From the NCBI GenBank assembly GCA_035084275.1, contig CM068756.1, forward strand, positions 6,200,001 to 6,264,000: DNA of 64,000 bases, in the 5' to 3' direction. Made by a program: the position numbers and the translations under genes. Below, piece after piece: positions 52,365-64,000 of the stretch; the first letter of the stretch is position 1, and each line of letters starts with the position of its first letter. The notes below the pieces were generated by a model. That model was given only the letters and a program-made list of their open reading frames with translations, made no database searches and was not told the DNA's origin. The stretch is from Hydrolagus colliei (Eukaryota).

Positions 52365-52470
52365 TTGTCTGCAAACTGCACAGTCACTGCCCTTAGCAGT
52401 GAATCCTGTACAGCGCTTAGAAATAGCCTTCTGACCCAAAAGGCACTGTATCAAATGGAAGGATTATTAT
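52365..52470 (+). mobile_element. SINE 3' tail
   Basis: CAGTCACTGC...AGCGCTTAG...AAAGGCACTGTATCAAATGGAAGGATTATTAT. Confidence 0.7.
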
Positions 52471-54339
52471 TTCATTTTAAAATATATTGGACAATTTCTA
52501 ATTGGCTACTAAAAGTTCAAATTCAAAACTTGACTTTTTTTGTATTGCACCAAACAAACGAATTCCCAATTTCAATGTCATTTTTCTCCCGATTAAAACA
52601 AAATGAGAGCAGTGGGGATCGCCATGATTTATTGTGAAACAATCAATACCCTCATACACAAGGATAAAGTGCTACCACACAAAGAATAAACTGTTCCCGA
52701 AGAGGCAGTAGTTGAACAGATCTCAAACAGTGTTATGCAATCTGCATTGACTTGACGTTCCACTCCCTACACATGGCAATACTCTAGAGAGTACAGTGAG
52801 ACACCAATACACTACTTGTGATCGTGCAACACTGATTCCAATAAAATGGCGAGAGTCAATTATGAGTTAATCATAAAAAGATAACACTCACTGCATGAGG
52901 CATACCCAGTATCTCCAAGAGTTATTCAAAACAAGTCCATCTGCACATTCATAGTATTGCACATTAAATTTAAGCACTTTGTCTGCTCTTGCTTACCCTA
53001 ACAATGGACTTTGCAAATAACAGAACACCAAGGAGTCGTTAGAGCTCTCTCTTCATTACCTTGAAAAAAACAATCATTAGACACCAGAGTACATACGTAA
53101 TTAGAAAATCACTTCCTTTGCAATCCAGGCTAAGTACTTTACATACTGTAATTACAGGGAGAAAATCAATTTTTAATCATTTCACTGATTGGGCTCATCA
53201 GCTCTGTGGGAAAATTGTATCCTGCTTGTTGTGCAAAAGCAACATCTGGGAAAAAACAATTACCCTTTGTTTTCGACTACAACCCCTTAAAGCTTCTTAT
53301 TTATTAAAAAAAAATCTCAGGGCAAAAGACTGAATCTGATTCTTCTAAAGGACATTTTGTCCTTGATTATTTGTGGAAATCACTCAACACTGCATATTTT
53401 GGAAGTGAAAGGGTTGTATCATTACTTTTCAGAATTAATTCTGGCGCATTTTGACTACCAATGACGCTTTGTGGTATGACAAAAATAAGTTTGATTGCTT
53501 GCATTCAGTTGTCTGTTCATTCCAAAGCTAGAGTGCTTTATTCATTGCGTCCCACGCACTGAAAGAGCTCATCTTGCTAATAATGGGTAATCTATTGTGC
53601 TGTTTGGGACCTTTGAGAGAAAAAAATTAATGATTTATGCAATGTAAAGAAATACCAAGAAACTAGTCTGCCTATTGAATGCAATCAGGAGGAGATGGAG
53701 TTGGCAAAGCTTAGCTAAACATTCTGTCCCGTTATTTGAAATCTTACCTCATTTACATTGCAGTAATAATTAGTGTTGCAAAAGCTGACTTCACTGTGAA
53801 TTGATTATGAAGCGAAGTATCACTGCATAAGGTAATATCCACAGATGAATATCCACTTAACGTTCTCTTTAAATAGGCTAACATACTTTTTTTTATCACA
53901 ATCACAGCACAAATAAATACAGCAGAAATATTTGTCAGATTCAGCCTTAACCATGAGTCTTTTGCCCAAATCAGAGCCACTTTCTTGAGAATAGGTTTTC
54001 AAAAGTGCTAGGAGTCAGTTCGTTGACTTTAATGCTTCTTTTTGTGCGTTTTAGAAAGGTCAATTGCATTTATGTAACATAATAATGGTAGAAGTCCATT
54101 TCCATTCAGGATGCTTCTCTCTCTTGCTCTCTCATTAATTGATATCCCAATGTAAGGCAGAATTTTGTTAAAAGAAATGTAAAACATCACTACTTATAAT
54201 TACACTAGAAAGTTGCCAGTCATAAGCCACCCAGCCATCCAGACAATCAAGCACCCATACACCAGCTGTTTACAGAAACCAGATCATTTCAATTGTGAAG
54301 CAAATTAAGGATTAACATTAAAATATCTAACAATAATAA

Positions 54340-54445
54340 ATATAATAATCCTCAGAATTAATATGGGACCATATCATGTCTTTGAGATGTCTCAAATCGC
54401 TTCCTAGAATATAATGTAAAGTGAATTGACTGTATATTTTGTAAG
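54340..54445 (-). mobile_element. Family-A SINE 3' tail
   Basis: AATAATCCT...GATGTCTCAAATCGCTTC...TGTAAAGTGAATTGACTGTATATTT. Confidence 0.75.
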
Positions 54446-55720
54446 CGAGTAAATATTTTTGAAAAAATATTTTAAAATAATTATTTTTAAAAAATTATAA
54501 ATCATAACTATAAACATAATGAAAGCAGCAAAAACACAAGTGAATCAAAATATAATATTCAGTGGAAAGAATAAATAATTCTGTTTGAGGATTAAAGTTA
54601 GTGTACTAAATTGCAATCTCACTGCCTGTCTAACATTTACGGCTATCATTTACCATAATGGCAATGTTTTGTGACCACATATCAGTGCAAAATTTTTTTA
54701 CATTTAAAAAAAAACATATTTACCTTCCTTACACCATATAATTGTTGTACGGGGTTAAAGGGTGCATGAATTTAACAGGACAGCTGGTGTTTGAAATAAG
54801 GAAACAATAGCATAAGGCTTCAAAGCCTGAATTACTTTGGTATCCAAAAGAATTTTTCTTTGCACTATTCATGAGTTTTTTTTGTGGGAAAATACTATAT
54901 AAAGTCAAGACCAAATGGATCCTAATATAGAGCTTTGTAACACTTGTAATTGCAGCTATCCTGACAGCAAAGTGAAGTAATGGGCATCAACCGTACCTGC
55001 AGAGATTGCCATGTCTTGTTCCAGTCATATCAGAATAACATACCATGAGATCTCAAGCTGTAATAGTATTGTTATACATATTAGAAAAATGATGTATGTT
55101 GAGAAAGCGCATGATCAGATTCTGTCCTTGTCCTCATTCCTAGCCAAGACTGTTAAAGAATAAATCCCGCAGATTCTTAGGGAATGGATCAATCTCCTCT
55201 TGGAAAATCCTAGCACTGGAAGAATTGATTTCAAATTTAAAGGAGTTAGTGTGCATGAGTCCAATGGGGTAGCTGTTTCATGCAGCTTTCTCACACTTTC
55301 TTGGTGAGAGATAGGCCGGCAAAGGGGACATAGAGCATAAGTAAGGAAGTTAAGACACTCATTGCAGCTGGGAAAAATCTTAGCTCTCATTCCCGGTTTG
55401 AACCAGCAATATTTCGGAATCAGAAAGTGTACAGAATAATGACCCAGCATTGCCAAACTGATTCTATTTCTGCTCTATCCATTCTTTGCAATATGCCACG
55501 CTTTAAAATCTGTAGACTGTGCAAAATTAACAAGTATTGTTTTAAATTCAACCAAATAAGTGTAAATTAACATTGGACATCTTGAACATTGTCCCAATGC
55601 ACCTTATATTTTGTTAGCATTTGTGAGCATTCATATTTGATCATTTACAATGGCATCCCACCCCCATAATACTACTGTTAAAAAATGACATGACCATAGC
55701 TCATGGGAAGTGGCAAATCG

Positions 55721-55880
55721 ACAACAACAATATATTTAATTGTAGAGCCTTTCATGTCAGATGATGTCTCAAGGTGCTGGACAGTCGAGGAATTGCACCC
55801 GAGCTGGGTGTTGGATTTGCGAGGGGTGGGGGGGCCCATCAGTTATCAATGTTAAACAGGGTAGCTTTGAAGGAGGTATA
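55721..55880 (-). mobile_element. L2 3' end
   Basis: (CAA)n...GAGCCTTTCATGTCAGATGATGTCTCAAGGTGCT. Confidence 0.6.
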
Positions 55881-56144
55881 CATTGCTCCATGACAATTAT
55901 CCTGTAATTCTCAAACAAACTTCTATCTACTGTATTAAGGAGACATTAAAAGGAAGCAAGACAATCCCCAAAGAGGAATACTACAGAAAAAAAGGGCAGC
56001 AGCCAAGTTCTCCTAACCTCCGTTCATTAATTCATTTTTCTCTTTCTTTCAATGTCTGCTTTCTTATTTCACAGATCCATTGCTGCCCACTTAACCTCTG
56101 ATTGAAGAAAGATTGCATCCATTAAAAACATTATGGCTTGCATT

Positions 56145-56212
56145 AATAATCCTTGCATTTGACGCAGCACTTTTACAAGATTTACAGTGGAGTGACTGCA
56201 TATTTGTAGGCC
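56145..56212 (-). mobile_element. SINE tail remnant
   Basis: AATAATCCTTGCATTTGA...AGTGACTGCATATTTGTAGGC. Confidence 0.65.
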
Positions 56213-58559
56213 ATTCCCCAGCTGAATCTGGCTCAAACACTTTCAACAAACCTGTTCTATAACCATACAACCAAAAGTGACATATCATCAGCTTTCTTCC
56301 TGATTGGTGTAAGGGTCACGATTCGGTCTCCATCTCTTGAGGAATTCCACTACACATATGCTCTGCAGGCCAGTATACTGAGCCACTAACATATAACTGA
56401 GTGCACAAAATGTCCAGCGTGTTTTTAAAGGTATCACAGCAGCGAGGTATAGAGCCCTAAGGGCATTCTTTCAACCCTTCTAATCCCTCACTTACACTGC
56501 TGAAGGTACTGCAATATCACAACTGGCTTGAGATCGATGGAAACAGATATTTATTTGTCCGCTTGTACTAAACAGCATGAAATAACTTCAGAGATTTCTC
56601 CATGTGTACCCAACTGTAGAGATATCGAGGTGTGAGGGTGATGATTAACACATATGTGGAAAGCTCGTGAAATAGTTACGTTAATTGGAACATTGGAATT
56701 GCTTGTCAAAATAATCCAAGGTCCATCTAGTTCAGCTTCCACCATATTGTTAGTCGCATGCTATAATAATGGAGATGTTAACATAGTCTACAATAGAGTG
56801 GAAAACCTTGAGAAGCTTAGATCCAAAGTTGCCTGGTTCTTCCAAGCCATACTACAAGTATTACACTTATTATATGTGATGTCTCAAATTACTCATGTCC
56901 TCTGTCTCCAAAATGTATTATTTAAAAAAGAGAAATTTATGTAATTTGTATTTAAAGATGGGGGACTGAGGCCACTGCTGGAAGATAGAAATAACAATTT
57001 TGTTTTTATTTTCAAAGTTTTGGAAGGCGTGTGAGCATTCATGGGAGGCGGATGGGCAGGGGTTGGAGATTTGGAATTGACTGCAAATTGCTTTTCTTCT
57101 GAGACCTCCTGGTGGATTGGCTGGCCAACCTGACTCACTGATCAATTTGGTGGTGCGTGCTGCTGAAGGGATTTATGCTGTGTTTTCAGCATCGATTCTG
57201 GGGCATTTTTGCATTGGAATCAAAGGTAAAAGTGTAGTACAATGAGACATTAATCATGTGAATTGCTGATTAATCTCAGCTGTGAGGCTGCTGTGTAGTT
57301 TTAGGAAATAAAGTCATTTTCAATAATTTCACATAATGGCTAAGGTTAATGTTTTGCCACAAGACACAGAAATATTAAAAAAGGATTATTATCCCCACTG
57401 GGTCACAGATTTGTTTTAATGTCCAAAAGTTACTTTGATAACTCTAACAGAATAATAGTCAAAGCCTGGACTGTTTCTGAAAGTGGGAAAATGACTTACA
57501 GGAAAAAAGACTTGAATGAAGGAAAGGGCTGAGAGCAAGAACTGCACCTGGTGAAAGACAAAGAGAGAAAGATCAGCCGCGTTTGGTGAGAGACACACAG
57601 CATAACACCCCGATACATAGCACAGCACCTTAGTATGATGGTGAGGTAGTGATAGATAGGAAAAAGAATGCATAAAGTTAAGGCTGATCTTGAAAACTGC
57701 TGGAAGTGGAAACAGTACAAAGCAACCTTAGTGAAGGCGACACTCAGGCATTATCTACAGTTCCACACTCACTCTCCCCTCGATCTTACAGCACTGGACT
57801 TTTCCTTAAATACCAACTCCAACAGCTTATCTTGACATCCATAGTAATTAAATATTCTCGACAAAAATTGATGACAGGCCAGCTTTTTGCTTTGTGACGC
57901 TTAATAATTAAAGTCAGGCTTATTTGTTCTGTCATTTGTATCTACTTCTCTGAAAAGCAAGTTCTTGTCTAATTTTTTTGAATGAAATTTTCATATCTCT
58001 AATTTCATTACTTCGTAATGATGCTTTGCTGCTTTAAAAAAAACGTAAATGATTTGCCACTGAAGTGCGCACTTTTTCATTTCCGCATTAATAAATCTTT
58101 CTTGCATGCCACCATTCAGTGCCATAGTCACACAGCTACAATGCCAGTTTCCTTCTCTACGTGTACGTGTAATTGAGACTGATAACACCCTTACTGCAAC
58201 ATTTCTGCAACGCTTTCAGCGCTTGAAGGATTTTGAGCAGAAAACAAATCACCGTTGCCAGGGGCTGAATGAGTTCCGTGCAACATGCTGGTCCGGTTTT
58301 AATGTTTACTCTTGATTAAGATGGGCCCATGTCTCTGGAGCAACAAGAACCTTTATGTGTAAACATTTTAGAAGCTCTTTTAACTAATTTTCTCGCCTCC
58401 TCTGCTGAAGGAGCTGACTCTCAAAAGGGTATGGTTTCAAGATCCCAAGCACTCTCCAGAACCTTTCCCAAGTATCTCTTTGTCCCGTGTGAGCATAGAC
58501 AGTGAGTGGAGTGTTGACATCCGATTTGAACATTACACAGATTGATACAGCACGGAAAC

Positions 58560-58770
58560 AGGCCATTTTGTCTAACTAGTCCATGCCAGTGTTTATCTCC
58601 TCTCACCTACCTCTCTATTCCCTTCTACCTCATGTATGCATGACGTTTCCGCTTAAATATGGGATTGTGTTTTGCTTCAACCACAACTTCCGGCCATGAG
58701 TTCTACATTATCACTCCCTCTGCGTAAACAATTTCCTCCTGAACTTCCTGTTCAATTTGGTACTAGCTAA
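58560..58770 (-). mobile_element. CR1 3' fragment
   Basis: CTTAAAT...TTGCTTCAACCAC...GAGTTCTACATT.TCACTCCCTCTGCGTAAA.AATTTCCTCCTGAA. Confidence 0.7.
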
Positions 58771-59699
58771 TAGGGTATCACACTCAAGCCTGATACAATC
58801 ATCATCGAAGGTCCTCACTTTCTTGCATGTATCACTGGATACAGACCTGCCTGCTGCCCTGCTGGAATAATTAACTGGGCACAGACTAGTACTCAAATCT
58901 GCAGCTTCAAGTCTTTAAGGATCAGCACAATCACAGGTAACTATATACCATTGGGAGAAACAGTTACGATTTTAGAAGTTTTTATGCTGGGATTCGATTG
59001 GATTCCTAAACCTTTTCTTAGGACAATGTACATTGTGGCCTCGACTCCCATTCCATGCCCATAGGCAAGTCAGGATGCTACCATGAATGTTATGAAATTT
59101 GATAGCATCCTTTTTTAAATCAAGCAATTTGAAAGAGAGAATCTACTATCTGTTGCTACCCACCATACCTCCCACTGCCACTAAAACAACAGCGAAAACT
59201 AAATCAAGCCAGCCCACAACATTCACATATAATAAAGCATAATCCAGGTTATAGGATTTGGGTTTAGTTAATGTTAACAAGCCACTTAAGCCTCTTACAT
59301 ATCTCAGCCCATCAGTCGCCTTGTAACAAACTCCATGATATACATTATCCTATAGATTTTCTAAATATTTGAAGGTTGTTTTTAAAATTTGAATTCCGCT
59401 AGAAATTAAAAAAAAAGAAAATTACTGCCAAAGCTTTGATTTTGGCAATTTTTGAAACCATAATGGTTTATATGGAAGGATAGCCTAAGCAATTTAAGTA
59501 TCAGAAAATTCCTACTCTGGGACCACAAACAAAAGAATGTTTAATATATCAGAGAGTTACACAGACATCTTGTTAGGACTTAGTTGATGTAAGTATATAA
59601 TCTATTGAGGAAATATTAGAAACCAGAATAGGGACTGACCAGGTGGACAATGCAAAAAAAAGCTGTACATCAAATGGTAGAAAATCATTAAACAAAAGG

Positions 59700-59916
59700 C
59701 AAAATATTGCAGATGCTGAACATCTGAAAAACAGGAGTAGCTGGGAACACTCAGCAGGTCAGGCAGCATCTACAGAGAGGAAAGTGGGTTAATGTTTCAG
59801 GCCTATGACCTTTTGTCAGGATTGGAGGAAATTTCAACCCTAAATGTTAACTCACTTTTTCTCTCTCCATGGGTGCATGCCTGAACTCCTGAGTGTTCCC
59901 AGTTACTTCTGTTTTT
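59700..59916. mobile_element. Fold-back element with ~75-bp inverted arms, probably Penelope-derived
   Basis: Arm 59727-59802 is the imperfect reverse complement of 59838-59916; CTGGGAACACTCAG / CTGAGTGTTCCCAG is an exact match. A degenerate hammerhead core lies between the arms on the minus strand. Confidence 0.8.
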
Positions 59917-60164
59917 ATTTATGGTACAAGATCATCGTTCAGCACAAGTAGCATCGGGGTTTATTTTGCGATTATTCCTAAAGGAAATTCTGCATGAGGA
60001 ATCTGAGTTACCCAAATGGTAACTCCTTCCAATGACTGGAAGTACATCAACCAAACTACAGAGTTATTGCTCTGAGATAATCTACTTCCAAAGATGGTTG
60101 AGGGGAATTAGAATGGGATTTGCTAATAAAGAAGACTTTTAAAAAAACGCACAACTTTAGGTAC

Positions 60165-60238
60165 CTTTTGAAGTGCTTTGAGATGTCCTCCCGACGCGAA
60201 GGACACTGTATCAATGTGAGCATTATGGCTGCTATTAT
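60165..60238 (+). mobile_element. SINE/L2 tail remnant
   Basis: TGAAGTGCTTTGAGATGTCCTCCCGACGCGAAGGACACT. Confidence 0.7.
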
Positions 60239-63142
60239 TTGTAGGTGAACAATATGGTATCATTTAGAATGTATATATAAATTGATCTAAATTTATAAAA
60301 CGATTTGGAAAAAATAGAAACGTAATTATTTTAGCAATGACAAAGGCTTTGTGAAGGACTGAAACCAGAACCCAACTAATTTAAGAACCTGAATAAGGTG
60401 TTTTGGGTCCTAAAAGCAAAACTATGTTGCCACCTAGACGCTTAGTTCTGCATGCACAATTGCTCAGACGAGCTGCATGTTTAAGTAATGATCTGTACCA
60501 GCGGTAGAATCCAGCAGTCAGATGATGCAAATAGATAACTCACCTACCTGCCACATGACCTATCATCACTCCAACAGCTCTAAATATATTGCTACAATCT
60601 TTACGAATAATGAGTGCACCTGTTTACAGTGTCACCTCTGTTTTCTCACTGTCTCCTTGAGTTCCGTTCTACTCCTGATGCAGATGTCTTTGGCAGTCAA
60701 GAGTCGATTTGGAAATGAAATCACATGCAGGATGATTGTTCTTTGGTGTCTTATTTTTGCCTATCAAGTAAATTAAAGGTGGTCGCCTTCATTAGTTCTA
60801 GACTGTGAAATTGGTCTTGGAAAGGCCAGCGATTGTTTGAAGAAATGAGCAGATTATGAATTCCAAAATCAATGACTATAAAGAGTTTGATTTGTGTGCT
60901 GTACGTACCTTCACATCACCTGTGCCAGTCCATAAATATGAAACATCAGCAGGAGCTCTGCCTGATAGGTTAACCTTTTCTCTATTTCTAAATAAGAATG
61001 CGTATCACATCGTCTCTGCTAAGTGACATTTCCACGACCTGAGAACGAGACTAATGTTTCAGCACTGAATCGTTCAGTCTCAAATATGCACCGAAGTTTA
61101 CAACTTCTGGTTTCCTTAACAGATACATTTTCTTGGGATTTCGAACTTAGCCCCGTAAGAACCTATAACATTTGTTCCGAAACACCCCAAAGTATCCCAT
61201 AGGATTCTGATTAATATTGGATACTCGAGTAAGGCGATCAGTGGCTGCCTATCATGCCTGGTAAATCCGACAAGCTTCATTCTTCTCCATTCTAGCTCCA
61301 CTCCAAAAAAGATCGTTCACAGAAACTGTTTTGTCTCCTATTTTGGCCACTCACTCGAGTAAAACAAAATCCCTGCATTCCATTTCTAACATTAACAACA
61401 GCTTTGTTTAAGGAACATTTGAGACTGTGTTTATTGCATTCTTCTTCGATAGATGGAAGATAGCAGGCTGGTACTACAGTAATCTGTCACATAAACTGTG
61501 CTGTTGCAAGCCGGCGTAATTTTACAACTGTAAATTAGTTTACAGCTGAAAACCTAACGTGGTAGTTTGAGAGGCTGCATTAAAACAAAATAATCAAAGC
61601 ACATCATACAGCTCAATAATTAATCAAACTAATACGTATTTCACTTTAAAAGGATCAACAAGAAAAAGAAAAGATCTAACACTCTGTGGCCAACATACGC
61701 CACTGCATTGTTAACCCTCGTCCTCCAGTGAGGAGTAGGAGTTCTGTAGGTTTGCTGTGACTAGCTTCAGAACAGTTGATAATGCTGCTATTTTATGTTG
61801 CTTCAAACACTTAGAATAAACCATTTTTTAAACAAAAAAGGGTTGAGGAGGCATTTTGTAGAAAGCTGGGGTATCTTGAACGAGATGTTCTGAAGCCAAG
61901 GATTACATCTTAAATACAGCTTTCACAGCCTGTAATCTCTTAGTGCTGTGAAAAACAACAAAGCGCAAAGCAACAGAAAGCAATCAGTAAATGGGAGAAT
62001 AGTGCTGTGGGAACAGAAGAACAATAATGGAACAAATAGATCAGTGGAATTGTGAGAGGTGCTTCCCTCAGCTTGGTGTCAGTGTGTAACGTCCCTTACA
62101 TATACCCAGCTGGTTACAGCAAGTGAGAGCAGCTCACTGCACAAATCTGCACAGATGCAGGTCTCGAAGCAGGCCACCCTTTGTGCTTGCTGGGGAATTC
62201 CAATCACCGCTGCTATTTCTACACTGTGCCAAAAGAAACAGACACGAAAAGCTTTGCTTGCCTTAAGTCACTTTCCAAATTGGCTCCCAGGAGTTTTTTC
62301 CCTCCTTGTCCGCAAAGCAGCTGAAATGTGTATGTTTTTCTCATTGTTGGAGATAAACAGACACCATACATTATCTAAGCAATGGCCACGCACCATTAGT
62401 TTCTCTTTTTATTTTACTATTGGGTACCAGCAATGCTTGCAACTTGATTTCACCAAACCCAGACGGCATCGAGCTTCAGCACTTTTCAATTGACTTGGTT
62501 GGATGCTTTGTCAAAGTGATATAATATATAGTGATGGAGGGGAGGGTGGGACGTGCCAGTGACTTGGTGCAGCTTTCACAAGTCCAAATAATTCACTATC
62601 TGCTTATTGTAGAAGAGTGGAGTAAAACTGTTAATGGGGAAAATAAGAAACTAGTTTTTTTTTAAACAAGTCATATTTTCCAGTCTCGTCCATTCTTCTA
62701 TAAATCCTTCCAATTCCCTCAAGAGCTGCTCCTCATTATATACAGCCTTCAATTCCATCAGCCAGGGCTCCAACAACACAAGCTGAGCAATCTACCACCA
62801 ACTCAGGCGTGATCAGCCAACAAAAAGTATTTTACACTTGCAGCAGCATTTCGCCTCCACCCCCTGCCTCTAACAGAATGTGCGTCACTCCAATGTTGTG
62901 CTCCATTCAGTAGCCTGGTTGGAAACCAACAAAACTTTCTGCCAATTAGGGACACACAAGCTTAACTCAGAAGTTTCCTGGAGGAGGGTGATCAGTGGTA
63001 AAGAAGGTTAAAGTCAAGCCTTGAAAACAGAAGCAAAAGGGAAGTGGAGTGGCAGAAGTAGTGAAGAGGGCCATTAATTTGGGGCCACTGTCAAATGGTG
63101 CCTTCAACTCAGCAAAATGCAGTATTCTTTTATTTTTAAAAG

Positions 63143-63250
63143 TAATAATAATGATCCCGCATTTGATACGGTGCCTTAACCCATCATCAAAACGTTTTGA
63201 ATAACTTTACTGGAGTTTCCGAGAAAGTGCAGTGACTATGTATTTGTTTA
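63143..63250 (-). mobile_element. SINE tail remnant
   Basis: AATAATAATGATCCCGCATTTGATACGGTGCCTT...AAAGTGCAGTGACTATGTATTTGT. Confidence 0.7.
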
Positions 63251-64000
63251 TTTAGGTTTCACTAAGAGAAGGAAAATATTTATCAGAAAGAAATGAAATA
63301 CTCAAAACTCATCTTGGAGCTAAGAACTTACAATGTAGCACTAGAATTCCTGTCCCCTTTAAGTGACGGGCAGTTAAATCCACGACCATGTCTTTGGGTG
63401 ACAGGTGGACCACTGCTCGTGTTATTGAGCCCCCCATTGTCCTCTGATTACTGTGACACTGTAACACATTATTCAAGTCTGGCGTTTGTCTTTAACACTG
63501 CCGAGCAACTTAACTTTCCGCTCAGCGGCACCTTACAGATCACCAGGTGAACCAGCATGTCTATCTGTGTGTGCGTCGTCAAATTTGAGCCACAGATTTT
63601 AAAATGCCGCCTGCTTCATGCCTTGCAGTGATGATCTGATGCTGATCACATTTAAGTTGTTTATCATTAATTCTCTCATGGTCAACCATCGTGTGAAACA
63701 TGCTGATTTCCTCAACACTGGTGATGTAACAATGAAGAGTTACTGGACCAAGTGGCAAACGGTTGAACTTATTCTTAGCGAATCTAACTGTACAATGTTG
63801 TGGCACCGTTACAATTGCACTACTGCCAATCATGCCAAAGATTTTTTTACTGTGTGACCAGCTAAAATCATGTTTTCCAGCTAAAATCAAGAGGATAACG
63901 AATACGAAATCCTCCCAAATGGCTTGAAATCTATCAATATCAATCAATGCTTTCACCTTGACCACCCATCTCCCGATAAATCCGCCGTAAGATTAAAACT

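Noticed and set aside
56261-56272. AACCATACAACC, reverse complement of the let-7c 3' end
   Set aside because: The seed half is absent and I see no precursor hairpin.
62059-62493. 144-aa plus-strand ORF
   Set aside because: Non-ATG start and no recognisable motif or exon context.
1-64000. CRISPR array, rRNA, snoRNA or prokaryotic operon
   Set aside because: Vertebrate repeat landscape with no regularly spaced repeats; the TGATGA/CTGA pairs I examined lacked terminal stems.

Overview
AT-rich, non-coding vertebrate genomic DNA with one assembly gap (164 N at 12252-12415). The repeat content points to a cartilaginous fish, possibly a chimaera such as Callorhinchus; this is inferred from the repeats only. 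I recognise no intact protein-coding gene, and the supplied ORFs look like chance frames or retroelement debris. The window holds many decayed retroposons: Deu-domain SINEs, a shorter tRNA-headed SINE, L2 LINE fragments with readable RT motifs, CR1 3' ends, AmnSINE2-like copies, and faint RTE- and Rex1-like relics. Between them are repeat-free blocks that look like enhancers or conserved non-coding elements, which suggests a gene desert or a large intron near a developmental gene. Best leads: a cluster of six MEIS/TALE sites with a perfect TGATTGACAG; a fold-back element with a degenerate hammerhead-ribozyme core; a ~180-bp local templated insertion inside a CR1; CTCF-like motifs in an ancient SINE; and weakly supported minus-strand non-coding exon candidates. 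I found no convincing new biological system. Repeat family names come from recalled consensus sequences, not a database search, and element boundaries are approximate.
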